A DNA stretch of 64,000 bases, taken from assembly GCF_026571515.1 (NCBI RefSeq), contig NW_026865326.1, positions 248,001 to 312,000 of the forward strand, in the 5' to 3' direction. Origin of the DNA: Ruditapes philippinarum. Its lineage: Eukaryota. Both the position numbers and the translations under genes were made by a program. Below, in pieces: positions 1 through 12,595 of the stretch (positions are counted from its first letter, which is position 1; the number at the start of each line of letters is the position of its first letter). A model generated the notes under the pieces. That model saw only the letters and a list, made by a program, of their open reading frames with translations. It searched no databases and was not told the origin of the DNA.

Positions 1-1288
1 AATATGCAATAAATATTTTAGGAGAAATTATCCTACCTAAATATTACTATTAAAGCTCAATGAATTTAAATACATTTCATGCTTCAATAACATCATATCT
101 GATCACGGTTTTAATTTAAAGCCGAGGTCTGGTATATGCGAAACTTATTTTGAAGTTAATAATATTGCGTTTTATCGGGAAAATATCTAATGTACGAATA
201 TACATATAATCATATATCATACAACAAAGTTACGCAAGGGCAATTTTCTCATTTAATTTTGACAATTTATGCACAAATTCATTACATATAAGTGATTTCG
301 CACATAAAACCCCAAAAACATTTGTAAATGTTTCATTGATTCGTAGGATTTATTTCATTTGTGTGTTTAAAATTTCTTAATGTTTGCTGATATTTGCTGA
401 TTATTTATTATGTGGAGTTTTTGTGTAACTTTTATGTAAACTGTATGTCTTGGCCATATTTAGTATGTAAATGGACAAAGGCATTTATAATGCCGATTTG
501 CCAATAAATGAAATGAAATGATATAACTATTATATGTTCTGCTACATCAATTTTAACTTTCTTTGAATTTCTAAACTAAAATTATATTTTGTCAGAAACA
601 TCTTCCTTGAAGTCAGCTCAGTACCATCTGTCTTGAACTCAGCGAGAAATATAACAAGATCTTTGCCAAACGTTTTATTTATCATTAATGCGTGAATGCA
701 GTTACTTTTTACATTGTTACTTTTTAAAATATCATAAAACATTGAACTATTCAATAAAAGCATTAAAATCTTATGTATACCAAATTATATAAGGTAAATT
801 CTTTAGTCACTTAAGTGGCATGACAGTTTCGCGTAAACGTTGGTACAGTCTTTTGTCTAAGGTTCTGAATGACCGGGTCACGTGAATCAGTGGGCGGAGC
901 AATCTCTTCTCTGGCGTAATGTCAATTGTCAAAAATTATTCACAAATAAAAAGCTTTTAAGTTGTTCGTACAATCAGTTTCAATTTCATTCCGAGAACAG
1001 TCCTTTCATATATTTTGCACCCCCCACACACACACTTCATGAATTGCCAAAGTTTATCTATGTAAGAATTTCCATTATGTTTTTAGCTTCCTGCTTAGCA
1101 TTAATTTCTATCATTAATTTCTCACTATATATTGGTTTATAGATTTTATATCTGGTGTATTTCGCACAGCACACTGACAAATGTTTACTGAAACACTGTA
1201 AACCTATTTATAAATTACTCCGGCCTTCAATGATGAGACATAGGTCACTGATCACGGTTTAAAATATGGGACTATCGGAAGGCGGCTT

Positions 1289-1301
1289 GACTATATAAAT
1301 A
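1289..1301 (+). promoter_or_regulatory. Putative TATA box of CYP copy 1
   Basis: GACTATATAAATA about 70 nt upstream of the ATG; conserved in copy 2 at about 12535-12547. Confidence 0.55.
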
Positions 1302-1365
1302 CACTACGTTTTTTGTTCAGGCAGTTTTATCTTATATACGCTTAGATATCTGCTGTGTTTTCAAC

Positions 1366-4300
1366 ATGGAAGTAAATCTAATAAGTTTCCTAAGTACCCC
1401 GGTTGTACTTGTTTTTATAACAGTTTTCTTACTATGTTACTTGTATTTAGGTAGACGGTCAAACCTTCCACCTGGACCCCCGGGTTTACCATTGATAGGC
1501 AACCTGATATGGTTTAATAGACTTAAAAACAGAAAACTAAAACAGTATCAAGGATTTTATGAGGCTAGTAAAACATACGGGGATATAGTGTCGGTAACAG
1601 TATTAGGTCAAAGGATTGTTGCCCTACACGGATACGATACTATACGTGACGCTTTTGTGAAACATAGTGACGTGCTAAACAGTCGACCAAGCTGGCTCCG
1701 AGCAATTAAAGAAGCTATTAAAGAAGGGAAAGGTTAGACTGTTTTCTGACATTCTGTAGATAGTGATATTTAGAATCAAATGGGATATGTCTTTTACCAT
1801 ATTAAAGTTTTATAACTGATTTAGTCAGTATTCAGGTAACGCGATAGATCAGAGGTGGCGCGATAGCTCAATAGGTTAGACCACTGGCTGTCACTCCTGA
1901 GATCCCGGGTTCGATCCTGGGTAACACCCTTGGGATTTTTCAGAGACACTGTCAGTGTTTCCCACCTAACAAGAGGTGTACCGCGAGGGGTTTGACATTA
2001 ATGGAAGATAGATAGATTCAATTCAACTTTCAATATTACAAAGCTGACAGTAAACTCAAAGAATCTACACAGATATTGGAAATCAATAATATATGATATA
2101 TCATAATGTGTACATAAAACGAGGCGATGCAAATATCCATTTGAAACGACGTACGTGTATTTACTTTTTTTATATAGCTTCATCCAGTTTTGAAGCAGCA
2201 TGCCTCCGGATTGATACTAATTTTTTATGAAAATTTTGACAATGACATGCGGACATTTCTTTTGATGTACGGTGTTCTGTTTGGGCCTTTTAAATAGTCG
2301 CCTATTGATCACCGACACTGGAAAACAGCCTAAGGTCCCCGAAAGAGACATGCGAAGGTTAAGGTAAATCCCCGCGAGGGTGTAGCATAGAGCTGCGAGA
2401 ATGTTAAAGCCGTTACATGTTATGAATAGCGCGACAGACGATATTTTAACCGACCAAAACACCGTGATAACGATTTGCTTGACGAAGGTTGAATACAGAT
2501 AAGGTCACAAAGAGTTAGTGTTGAAAAATAAGATTTACTGTGTGAAAATTATCAAGTTAATCTGATAAATATCTGTTATTTATCATGTTAACACGAAAAC
2601 TAACTAGTTAGTTAGATAGTTAACGCGATAATTATATGGTTAACTGTTGGCAGAAATATGCCACCATACTACCGAAATTAAAGTCAATGTACATGTACAA
2701 GTATTATAAAAGAAAAAGAAAAAAGCAGCTACGATACCAATTCTTTAAAATGGTTATTTTTCTATAGTGATCATTGTATTATATATTCAGGTGCATAGTA
2801 CTGTTGAAACATATATCAAATCATTAATATGATGAAATAAAATGTCCGACATGGGTTAAACTAACGGAAATGCCAGTCTGATAAGCAAGAAAAGTAATAT
2901 CCTAAATAAAATAGCACGAACACTTAAATATTAGGTTATAGAGCTCTATTGCCGCCATATCTATTTAAAATCAATATAAATACAAAATTGATTGCAGGGG
3001 TTGTTTGGCAGAGCGGTGAACCATGGAAAGTTCTCCGGAAGTTTGTACTACAAACATTGAGAGATTTTGGGGTAGGAAAGACGTCATTAGAGGAAAAGAT
3101 AATGCACGAAGTTGATGCTGCTAATGAAGTTCTTACCGCCTCCGAAGGAAAACCGTTTGATGTACGACTTCTTACGTCAATGATGATTACCAACGTTATA
3201 TACGGAATTGTTTTTGCGAAGAGGTGAATATCTTTTTCTTTGAATAAATATTTGAGTGAGAAGTACTTACTCCAAAAGGGGATGTACATGTACTCAAATA
3301 TACAGCACTCTATGAAATTGTTATAAAGGGAAAAAGGTGAGGAAGTTGCTCTGGGCAAAGGGGTGGGTTTGATTTAAAAGAATCGGTCACACTTTGCGTA
3401 TCAGATGACAATCAAGGAAACAATTGCTGTTTGTATTCTTGCTATATTAATATTGTCACGGGTGAAAATTAAAATTTCATGTACCTGTATGTTATTATTT
3501 CTTTGAAGGTTTGATTACAAAGATGAAAAGCTACATGAAATCATCGAGAATTTGGATAGAATATTTCGTATTGGCGGAGGAGTACTAACAGCGGACGGAC
3601 AACTTCCATCATTTATTTTGAAAATTATTAACCGCGAGGTGATTATATAAGATAACTTTTTTATTATATTTTCCCATGTACAGGTGTTAAATTATCCTGT
3701 CTTCTAATATGTTTCAATCATAAACCTTAGGATTGGTTTCGGATGGATAAGTGATCAACCTGTAGCTTTCTTACAGTTCTTAATCTATTTAAGACGCCCG
3801 CATGAGAAAAAAGTTTTAAACTTACTTTTTTTGTAAATTGACATGTTAAGTTCTTAAAGATATTGACATGTTGATTTTTTGAAGAAATTCACTTCTATAG
3901 CTTTTGAAATAAATAAAAAAATCTTATGAAATTTGCATAGTGTAACCTGTTCATATTTTCTTTAACATTCCAATGGTTATACTCTTTTTTTTACGTCAAT
4001 GGCAACGTTAACGTCTTATAACATCATTTGTGAAATTACGTTAAGGGTAGTTTTCTCACGCTAGCATAATTATTATATTAAATATACATGACTTTCTTAA
4101 AGTTGTAGGCATTCTCATGAACGTTATATGAATATATCTGTCCTATAATAATTTAAGTGGTTCATAATGGTAATTTTAGATTCAATAAACTGCTGAACCT
4201 ATGTGGTTAAACAACATTTTAGGAGGTTCATTGCTTTCATAAGATAGTTAAACAAATAATGTTTAACTATATTAAATATATTATTTGCATCACCAGGTAC

Positions 4301-7166
4301 ATATTAAATGACTAAATATATACTTTTTTTCTTAAAAGGCTTACGAAACTAAAATGAAACGTTTGGAAACAATTAGATGGATCAAAGAACATATTTACAG
4401 CGAGATAAATAACCACGAGAGTACGTATGATAACGAGAACATACGAGATTTTGTCGATCTATATATACAGGCAAAGCTTCAACGTACTGATGAAAATACT
4501 TTTAACAGTAAGTTTCAAAATTATTTTTCATATTAAATAAGAAAAAAATAAAAAATAAAGTCCAAATATGTGACCCTGCTAATTTGATTTACGTCTTAAG
4601 TTTTAGGTTAATAACAATACAAAAAACAACATTAACAACAAACAGTCAGTTAAAAAGGTTCAAAAGTCAACGCCTAATGAAAAACCCTAAAACAAGTAAA
4701 ACCGTCACCACCAAATGAAAAGAAAACGCAAATGAAAAGGTTATAATGTAGAGTAAAACTTCTGGTTATAAAATAAATTCTACATGAAAAAGGTTATAAG
4801 ATGGGTTAAACTGTCACCATCAAATGACAAAGGTTAAAATCTTCCGGTTATGAAATAAGTAAAACCATTACCACTAAATGAAAAGTTTATAAGGTAGGCC
4901 AAACATTCACCTATAAACAACAGATGAAAAGTGTATAAAAAGTCTCTATCAAATGAAAGGTTATTAATTGGGTCGAACCTTCACCCGTCAACACCAAATG
5001 AAAAGTTTAAAAAATAGATTAAACTTTCTCGTTATAAGATGGTTTAAACCGTTCATAACATAATCATGTATATAATAAATATGTGTTTTGTATGATAACA
5101 TATTCGTTCCTTTTTCAGAGGGTAACATTTTTCGGGTAATCATGGATCTGTTTATAGCTGGATCAGAAACAACTTCAAACACAGTGAACTGGTGTATATT
5201 GTACATGCAAGAGTATCCAGATATACAGAAAAAATGTCAACAAGAAATCTCAGAGGTAAAAGGACCACAGTTTTTCATATAATTACCTCCCTTTGCGTTG
5301 GTATCTAATTAAGATATACTAAAGTACAGCGGTCGACTATTGACCCATTAATTTTCTAGATTACATAAAAGTTCACTATCTCTATTGAGGAGTGTTTTTT
5401 TCTTTATAATCTGTTATGACATATACATATATGTATGCATAAATGTGTTATCTACAGTTATAATACAATACTGGTGTGACCGAGTGGTTATCGCGTCGGA
5501 CTAGTAATCTAAGGATTGCTCAAATTCTGTCAGGGGCAAGCCGTTTGTTTCCTTGAGCAAGATAATTTACATTCATTGCTTAGTACTGGTTGGTTCCAGG
5601 AACGGATTCGAGAGTGTTTCAATAAACTTTTAGCTTCCAGCACAATCGAACTACAAATGTAAAATAAATTTGTATAAACTAATATAATACTAGTACTTCC
5701 TCGTTATTTTTGTAGAAATGCGGTGACAAGGTGGTGACATGGGCAGATAGAGGATCTTTACCCTATATTGAGGCTACTCTTCTAGAAATACAAAGACTGG
5801 CCAATATTGGTGAGTATCCGTCTGTAGTTGACTTTAATAAGGTTCAGAAAAAATGATCAAATGCTCAACTGGTGTAAGCAACTGCAATTTGACAAACATA
5901 AAGTAAAAATATAGAAGCTATTTAGTGAGCTTATCCAAACATCTTATATGCAAGGATATACGGTGTACTCGTATACCCACTAAAATTATGAACGCATTTG
6001 AGGACATTATCCTGATAATAATCTGATTAAGAATGTCCAAGTTTAGTTGAAAACGAGTATTGCTTGCACATTTTGTCTGTTAAGTTTGAAATAATTAATA
6101 CAAACCATTTTTAGATCTACATTCAGTTTTAAGCGCATTGTCAATTAAAATGTAAATTAAAATGTGAATATGTGTGTTCTAGCAACAGTGTTTTGCCGCA
6201 AAATAATTTTTTTAACTATTTTTTTTTTAATTTTAGCTCCAATGTCAGTACCACACACAAACGAAGTTGACATGGAACTAGGAGGATACTTTATACCACG
6301 AAGGAGCCTTATTGTCGCAAGTTTATACTCCTCCAACATTGACCCTCGTCATTGGGATGAACCCGATACATTCAAACCTGACAGATTCATGGAAAATGGC
6401 AAACTGAAGAAAAATCAAGCTCTTATTCCGTTTTCAATAGGTAACGATACATATCCATCGTTGCTTAGTGTGATTTCTAGCCTAGTTTGAGTTAAAAGCG
6501 TTCAAACGCTTTTCTTTTTAAGATCATTTTGCACAATATTGAGGTTCATAATTTTACACATGTCATAACAAACTCCTCACAGTGATTGCCTCCCTTGGCA
6601 GATTGTACTGATAAAGGGAGATAACTGAGTATGAGGCTGTTGTGATAATGGTATCAAATAAATACAACAGATGTTACTTTCATCAATACACAAAAAGATG
6701 TTAGGAAATGCATGGATCTGTAATATTTTCCAAGTATAAAGACTTTATATGAAGCATTAATATCCATCGTTAGCTGTCGTAGAACAGCGCAAATGCATAT
6801 TTGCCTTTCTTTTAATCTTGTTTTGCATTTAAGTTAACTATTCACTTCATCGTTTTAGGGTTGTATCTGTTCCAGTTCATTTAACCATTTACGTTTCTTT
6901 TGTTTTCATGTTCCGTTATATTTAAAAAATGTATAGCAACGGCAAAAGTTCGAGATATATATATTCCTTTTTAATTTTAAGGTCCTCGTATCTGTTTAGG
7001 AGAATCTTTGGCAAGGATGGAAATGTTTCTGATATTTACAAATCTGCTGCAGCGATTTACTTTCTGCCGAGAAGACGACAACGTCAAGCATTCATTCGAA
7101 AATATAGTTGAACAATCCACAAGTGCGCCACAACCATACAAAACACGTGCAATGAAACGGGTTTAG
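1366..7166 (+). CDS. Cytochrome P450, clan 2 (CYP2-like), copy 1; 8 coding exons, 503 aa
   Basis: Exons 1366-1732, 2998-3223, 3509-3638, 4339-4507, 5119-5255, 5716-5809, 6237-6440, 6982-7166; all introns GT-AG with compatible phases (1512 nt). Motifs: N-terminal TM anchor + [12 protein letters not shown] hinge, C-helix WKVLRKF, DFGVGK, I-helix AGSETT, K-helix EIQR, PDRF (PERF-type), heme motif FSIGPRICLG. Subfamily not assignable without phylogeny. Confidence 0.95.
1853..1995 (+). mobile_element. tRNA-derived SINE (internally deleted) in CYP copy 1 intron 1
   Basis: Pol III A-box-like GCGATAGCTCAATAGG and B-box GGTTCGATCC; orthologous longer copy at 13066-13370; this copy lacks about 160 bp of the body. 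Confidence 0.7.
4640..5050 (+). repeat. Degenerate tandem repeat (AAACCGTCACCACCAAATGAAAAGGTTATAA-like) in CYP intron 4
   Basis: Recurrent CCACCAAATGAAAAG and GGTTATAAG motifs; paralogous tract at about 17150-17470. Confidence 0.5.
5471..5680 (+). mobile_element. tRNA-derived SINE with conserved central domain, CYP copy 1 intron 5
   Basis: GTGACCGAGTGGTTA head; core TCCTTGAGCAAG…GCTTAGTACTGGTTGGTTCCAGGAACGGATTCGAG shared with copies at 19530, 29370 and 50230. Confidence 0.75.
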
Positions 7167-7968
7167 GATAAGGTCTTACAAGACAACCCGTGCTGCAGTT
7201 CAGGTTATATGCAGTCTATAACAGAAATCTGAAATATAAATGAATATGAATGAAGATTACGAGCTGACGGTGGCGTGAAAGATGTATACTGTATTAATGT
7301 GGGCGATGTGTGTATTAAAGTTTTACACGTGTATAGTATTGCATTTGTGCCTTTAAACTGAATCTTTACGATTAAAGTGATCTGGCCGGTAAAGTTAAAC
7401 TATCCGAAATAAAAACTACATCTCAATAGAGATGTGGTGGATCAAAAATTTACCACCAGATAAATGATAGAGTTTAGAAGAAAAATAAGATCAAAACAAA
7501 CAAAACATTTTATACATATTTATGTAAGTTTATACTCTTAATTATTTTAATTATATCGAATTATTGCGCGCATGGACTATGAATGTTGTGGGCAACAAAA
7601 TAGAAATGAAATTGTAATATTTTTTTTTAATAGTAGAAATTTATTTTGCAGAACAACTTAACTTTTAAAAGGGCATTCAGCTGTTATATTGAGTAAAACT
7701 ATAATATTTTTTTCAACAGTGAAGTATAACATAGAATATTGTAAAGTGTTATTAATTATTTTTGTACATTAATTGCAGCATTCTTTTATGTTTCTAGATT
7801 TTCATGTGAACGATTTGTTATTATGCACAGTACTCAATAAATATAAGATTTTATCTTTTGATATTATAATTTGTTTAATTATTTACAAAATTTGTACAAT
7901 TGTGAAATAAAATTGCTATGTACAAACTAATTTGAACGCAGTGTATATTTGACTCCTTTTTAACAGGT

Positions 7969-10900
7969 AAAAATCCTTGTTCCCGCTCCAATGAAACAGG
8001 TTATTTTATTCAAACACCCTTGTTAGAGCTCAATGGAGCAGGCTTATTTATTCAAACACCTTTGTTAGAGCTCAATGAAGCAGGTTGATTTATTCAAACA
8101 CCCTTGTTAGAGCTCCGATGAAGCAGGTTTATATATTCAAACACCCTTGATAGAGCTCCAATGAAGCAGTTTTATTTATTCAAACATCCTTGATAGAGCT
8201 CCAATGAAGCAGTTTTATTTATTCAAACATCCTTGTTAGAGCTCCAATGAAGCAGTTTTATTTATTCAATCACCATTGTTAGAGCTCAGATGAAGCAGGT
8301 TTATTTATTAAATCACCCTTGATAGAGCTCCGATGAAGCAGGTTTATTCATTCAAAAAGCCTTTTAGAGCTCAATGAGGCAGGTTTATTTATTTAAACAT
8401 CCTTGTTAGAGCTCAAATGAAGCAGGTAAATTTATTCAATCACCCTTGATAGAGCTCCGATGAAGCAGGTTTATTCATTCAAAAAGCCTTGTTAGAGCTC
8501 CAATGAAGCAGTTTTATTTATTCAAACACCCTTATTAGATCTCAATGAAGCAGGTTTATTTATTCAAACACCCTTGTTAGAGCTCCGATGAAGCAGGTTT
8601 ATATATTCAAACATCCTTGTTAGAGCCCAAATGAAGCAGTTTTATTCATTCAAACATCCTTGTTAGAGCTCCAATGAAGCAGGTTTATTTATTCAAACAT
8701 CGTTGTCAGAGCTCAAATGAAGCAGGTAAATTTATTCAATCACCATTGTTAGAGCTCAGATGAAGCAGGTTTATTTATTAAATCACCCTTGATAGAGCTC
8801 CGATGAAGCAGGTTTATTCATTTAAAAAGCCTTGTTAGAGCTCAATGAAGCAGGTTTATTTATTCAAACATCCTTGTTAGAGCTCCGATGAAGCAGGTTT
8901 ATATATTCAAACATCCTTGTTAGAGCTCAACTGAAGCAGGTAAATTTATTCAATCACCCTTGTTAGAGCTCAGATGAAGCAGGTTTATTTATTAAATCAC
9001 CCTTGATAGAGCTCCGATGAAGCAGGTTTATTCATTCAAAAAACCTTGTTAGAGCTCAATGAAGCAGGTTTATTTATTCAAACATCCTTGTTAGAGCTCC
9101 GATGAAGCATGTTAATATATTCAAACATCCTTGTTAGAGCTCCAATGAAGCAGTTTTATTTATTTAAACACCCTTGTTAGAGCTCCGATGAAGCAGGTTA
9201 ATATATTCAAACATCCTTGATAGAGCTCCAATGAAGCAGGTTTATTTATTCAAACATCCTTGTTAGAGCTCCAATGAAGCAGTTTTATTTATTCAAACAT
9301 CCTTGATAGAGCTCCAATGAAGCAGGTTTATTTATTCAAACATCCTTGTTAGAGCTCCAATGAAGCAGGTTTATTTATTAAATCACCCTTGATAGAGCTC
9401 CAATGAAGCAGGTTTATTTATTAAATCACCCTTGATAGAGCTCCAATGAAGCAGGTTTATTCATTCAAACATCCTTGTTAGAGCTCCAATGAAGCAGGTT
9501 TATTTATTCAAACACCCTTGTTAGAGCTCCGATGAAGCAGGTTAATATATTCAAACACCCTTGATAGAGCTCCGATGAAGCAGGTTTATTCATTCAAAAA
9601 GCCTTGTTAGAGCTCAGATGAAGCAGGTAAATTTATTCAATCACCCTTGTTAGAGCTCAGATGAAGCAGGTTTATTCATTCAAAAAGCCTTGTTAGAGCT
9701 CAGATGAAGCAGGTAAATTTATTCAATCACCCTTGATAGAGCTCCGATGAAGCAGGTTTATTCATTCAAAAAGCCTTGTTAGAGCTCAGATGAAGCAGGT
9801 AAATTTATTCAATCACCCTTGTTAGAGCTCAGATGAAGCAGGTTTATTCATTCAAAAAGCCTTGTTAGAGCTCAGATGAAGCAGGTAAATTTATTCAATC
9901 ACCCTTGATAGAGCTCCGATGAAGCAGGTTTATTCATTCAAAAAGCCTTGTTAGAGCTCAGATGAAGCAGGTAAATTTATTCAATCACCCTTGTTAGAGC
10001 TCCGATGAAGCAGGTTTATTCATTCAAAAAAGCCTTGTTAGAGCTCAGATGAAGCAGGTAAATTTATTCAATCACCCTTGATAGAGCTCCGATGAAGCAG
10101 GTTTATTCATTCAAAAAGCCTTGTTAGAGCTCAGATGAAGCAGGTAAATTTATTCAATCACCCTTGTTAGAGCTCAATGAAGCAGGTTTATTCATTCAAA
10201 AAGCCTTGTTAGAGCTCCGATGAAGCAGGTTTATTCATTCAAAAAAGCCTTGTTAGAGCTCAATGAAGCAGGTTTATTCATTCAAAAAGCCTTGTTAGAG
10301 CTCAGATGAAGCAGGTAAATTTATTCAATCACCCTTGTTAGAGCTCCGATGAAGCAGGTTTATTCATTCAAAAAAGCCTTGTTAGAGCTCAATGAAGCAG
10401 GTTTATTCATTCAAAAAGCCTTGTTAGAGCTCAGATGAAGCAGGTAAATTTATTCAATCACCCTTGATAGAGCTCCGATGAAGCAGGTTTATTCATTCAA
10501 AAAAGCCTTGTTAGAGCTCAATGAAGCAGGTTTATTCATTCAAAAAGCCTTGTTAGAGCTCCGATGAAGCAGGTTTATATATTCAATCATCCTTGATAGA
10601 GCTCCGATGAAGCAGGTTTATTCATTCAAAAAAGCCTTGTTAGAGCTCAATGAAGCAGGTTTATTTATTAAATCACCCTTGATAGAGCTCCAATGAAGCA
10701 GGTTAATTTATTAAATCACCCTTGATAGAGCTCCAATGAAGCAGTTTTATTTATTCAAACATCCTTGTTAGAGCTCAGATGAAGCAGGTTTATTTATTCA
10801 ATCATCCTTGATAGAGCTCCGATGAAGCAGGTTTATTCATTCAAAAAAGCCTTGTTAGAGCTCAATGAAGCAGGTTTATTCATTCAAAAAAGCCTTGTTA

Positions 10901-10986
10901 GAGCTCCGATGAAGCAGGTTAATATATTCAAACATCCTTGTTAGAGCTCCAATGAAGCAAGTTTATTTTTTTCAACACCCTTGTTA
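7969..10986 (+). repeat. 43-bp satellite/minisatellite array 1 (about 70 units)
   Basis: Consensus ACATCCTTGTTAGAGCTCCAATGAAGCAGGTTTATTTATTCAA; contiguous units with no spacers; starts about 800 bp after the CYP copy 1 stop. Confidence 0.97.
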
Positions 10987-11137
10987 CACGGGGCAGTGGG
11001 TGTTACGATTTAATCACATAGGGCCTATTGATGTGGATAGATATCTATAATGAAAATAATTACAAAACTTGTTGCCTTTTTTCTATAACAACACTTAATT
11101 ATTAATATTTAAATATATTTAATATAATTATTAATAC

Positions 11138-11410
11138 AGTTCCTCCCACAGATTGCGGGCATAAACATACTTTTACTTTCGGGTCATACGCCTCTTTTCA
11201 TTGATTGGCACAAACGTGTCGCATTGAAAAACCCGTGATCACCTCCGCTGTATGAACACATTTGCATGTTTCAATGTTAATACTGCTTAAGGCGGTGCTA
11301 TGGGGCGTGGGCGGTAACTTGCATTTACCATCACCGTCCATGAACAGGAGCCTGCAACATTTTGCAATCTTGCTGTTTTTATGTATTTATTAAGGGATTC
11401 TGTTTTTCTC
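11138..11410 (+). mobile_element. Old dispersed repeat fragment (unclassified)
   Basis: Homologous to the reverse complement of 51563-51842 and to 43860-43960 (shared CCGTCCATGAACAGG…TGCAACA and CATACGCC-CTTTTCAT). Confidence 0.55.
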
Positions 11411-12534
11411 TATCTCACTTGTAATTAATATTAATCAAGATACCAAACATGTTTCGCCTATATGACTTCTATGGGTGTGTTTTACACCTATTTCTGGCTT
11501 CTAGAATTATATATATATTTTATAATTTCAAAATGTTATATTACGCGAAATTTAGGTATTTTCGTTCTATTATATTTGTGAAACTAAATATGTATTTTCT
11601 TGGCCTAAATTAGATCTTGTAAACAGGCTTAAATTACAGTAAACATAACACGTATTATTGCTGAATTATGCAGGCAAAGGCTCGAATTTCGTCATTACAT
11701 GTATTTGTATATTTTGGTTTAACTTATTTGGTTATTTTATATGGACACATGACGTCAACAAGGCAAGTGTTCTTATTAAAAATAATTTAAGAGAGGTGTA
11801 TAGGCATTTATTGTCAGTTCAGTAAAAACATTTTTCCAGTAAGGTCGCATCATTCTTTCCTCAAATGTTTGGTACATTTAAGTTATTTCGTCGGGACGAG
11901 CCGTTCAAATACTTCATTTTATCACTTTATATCAGCGTGATACATCGCTAAAGACTCAAAACTGAGTAGGTTAGCGTTTGTGAGGTAAGCGTTAAATCAA
12001 TCTGAATCTGCTTCTGATGAGCGATGCCAGACTAACAAACACTCGGTACACTTTAGGTATATTAACTTGGATTGTTTTTGCTACAAACATTTATTTGTAT
12101 TTAGTTCTCAATTTTTGAAATTAAAGGACTCCAATGAGTTTCTTTTTTACATGATAGGACTAGAGATATGAACCGCATTTGATGAGCGCCTGGACAAATT
12201 AATATCTTGTTTGCAATGATTCATATCATTCTCTCTAAAATGACTAAAAAGTAAAAGCATCTCATATTGACAATTTTATTCCGAGTACATTTCTGTCATA
12301 TCGTCGCACCCCTCCCCCTTATTGCCTAAGTTTAATTTATCTATGTAAGAATTTCGAATTTGCATTAATTTCTTATATTGGTTTGTAGATTTTATATCGT
12401 ACGTATTTCACACACTGACAAATGTGTAAATGCATTACTGCACCGATAAACTGTAAACCTATCCATAAATTACTCTGACCTTCAATGACTATATCGGTCA
12501 CAGGTTAAAATACGGGACTATCGGAATATGCCTT

Positions 12535-12547
12535 GACTATATAAATA
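12535..12547 (+). promoter_or_regulatory. Putative TATA box of CYP copy 2
   Basis: GACTATATAAATA about 55 nt upstream of the ATG, paralogous to the copy 1 site. Confidence 0.55.
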
Positions 12548-12595
12548 TACTACGTTTTATTTGATATACGTTTAGATATCGACTGTGTTTTTAAC

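Noticed and set aside
430-521. 3' tail of a LINE (AATAAA + (ATGAA)n)
   Set aside because: Plausible, but no convincing coding remnant within the window to support it.
868-890. TGACCGGGTCACGTGA as a xenobiotic or nuclear-receptor element for CYP copy 1
   Set aside because: Single short motif, not conserved in copy 2; it cannot be distinguished from chance.
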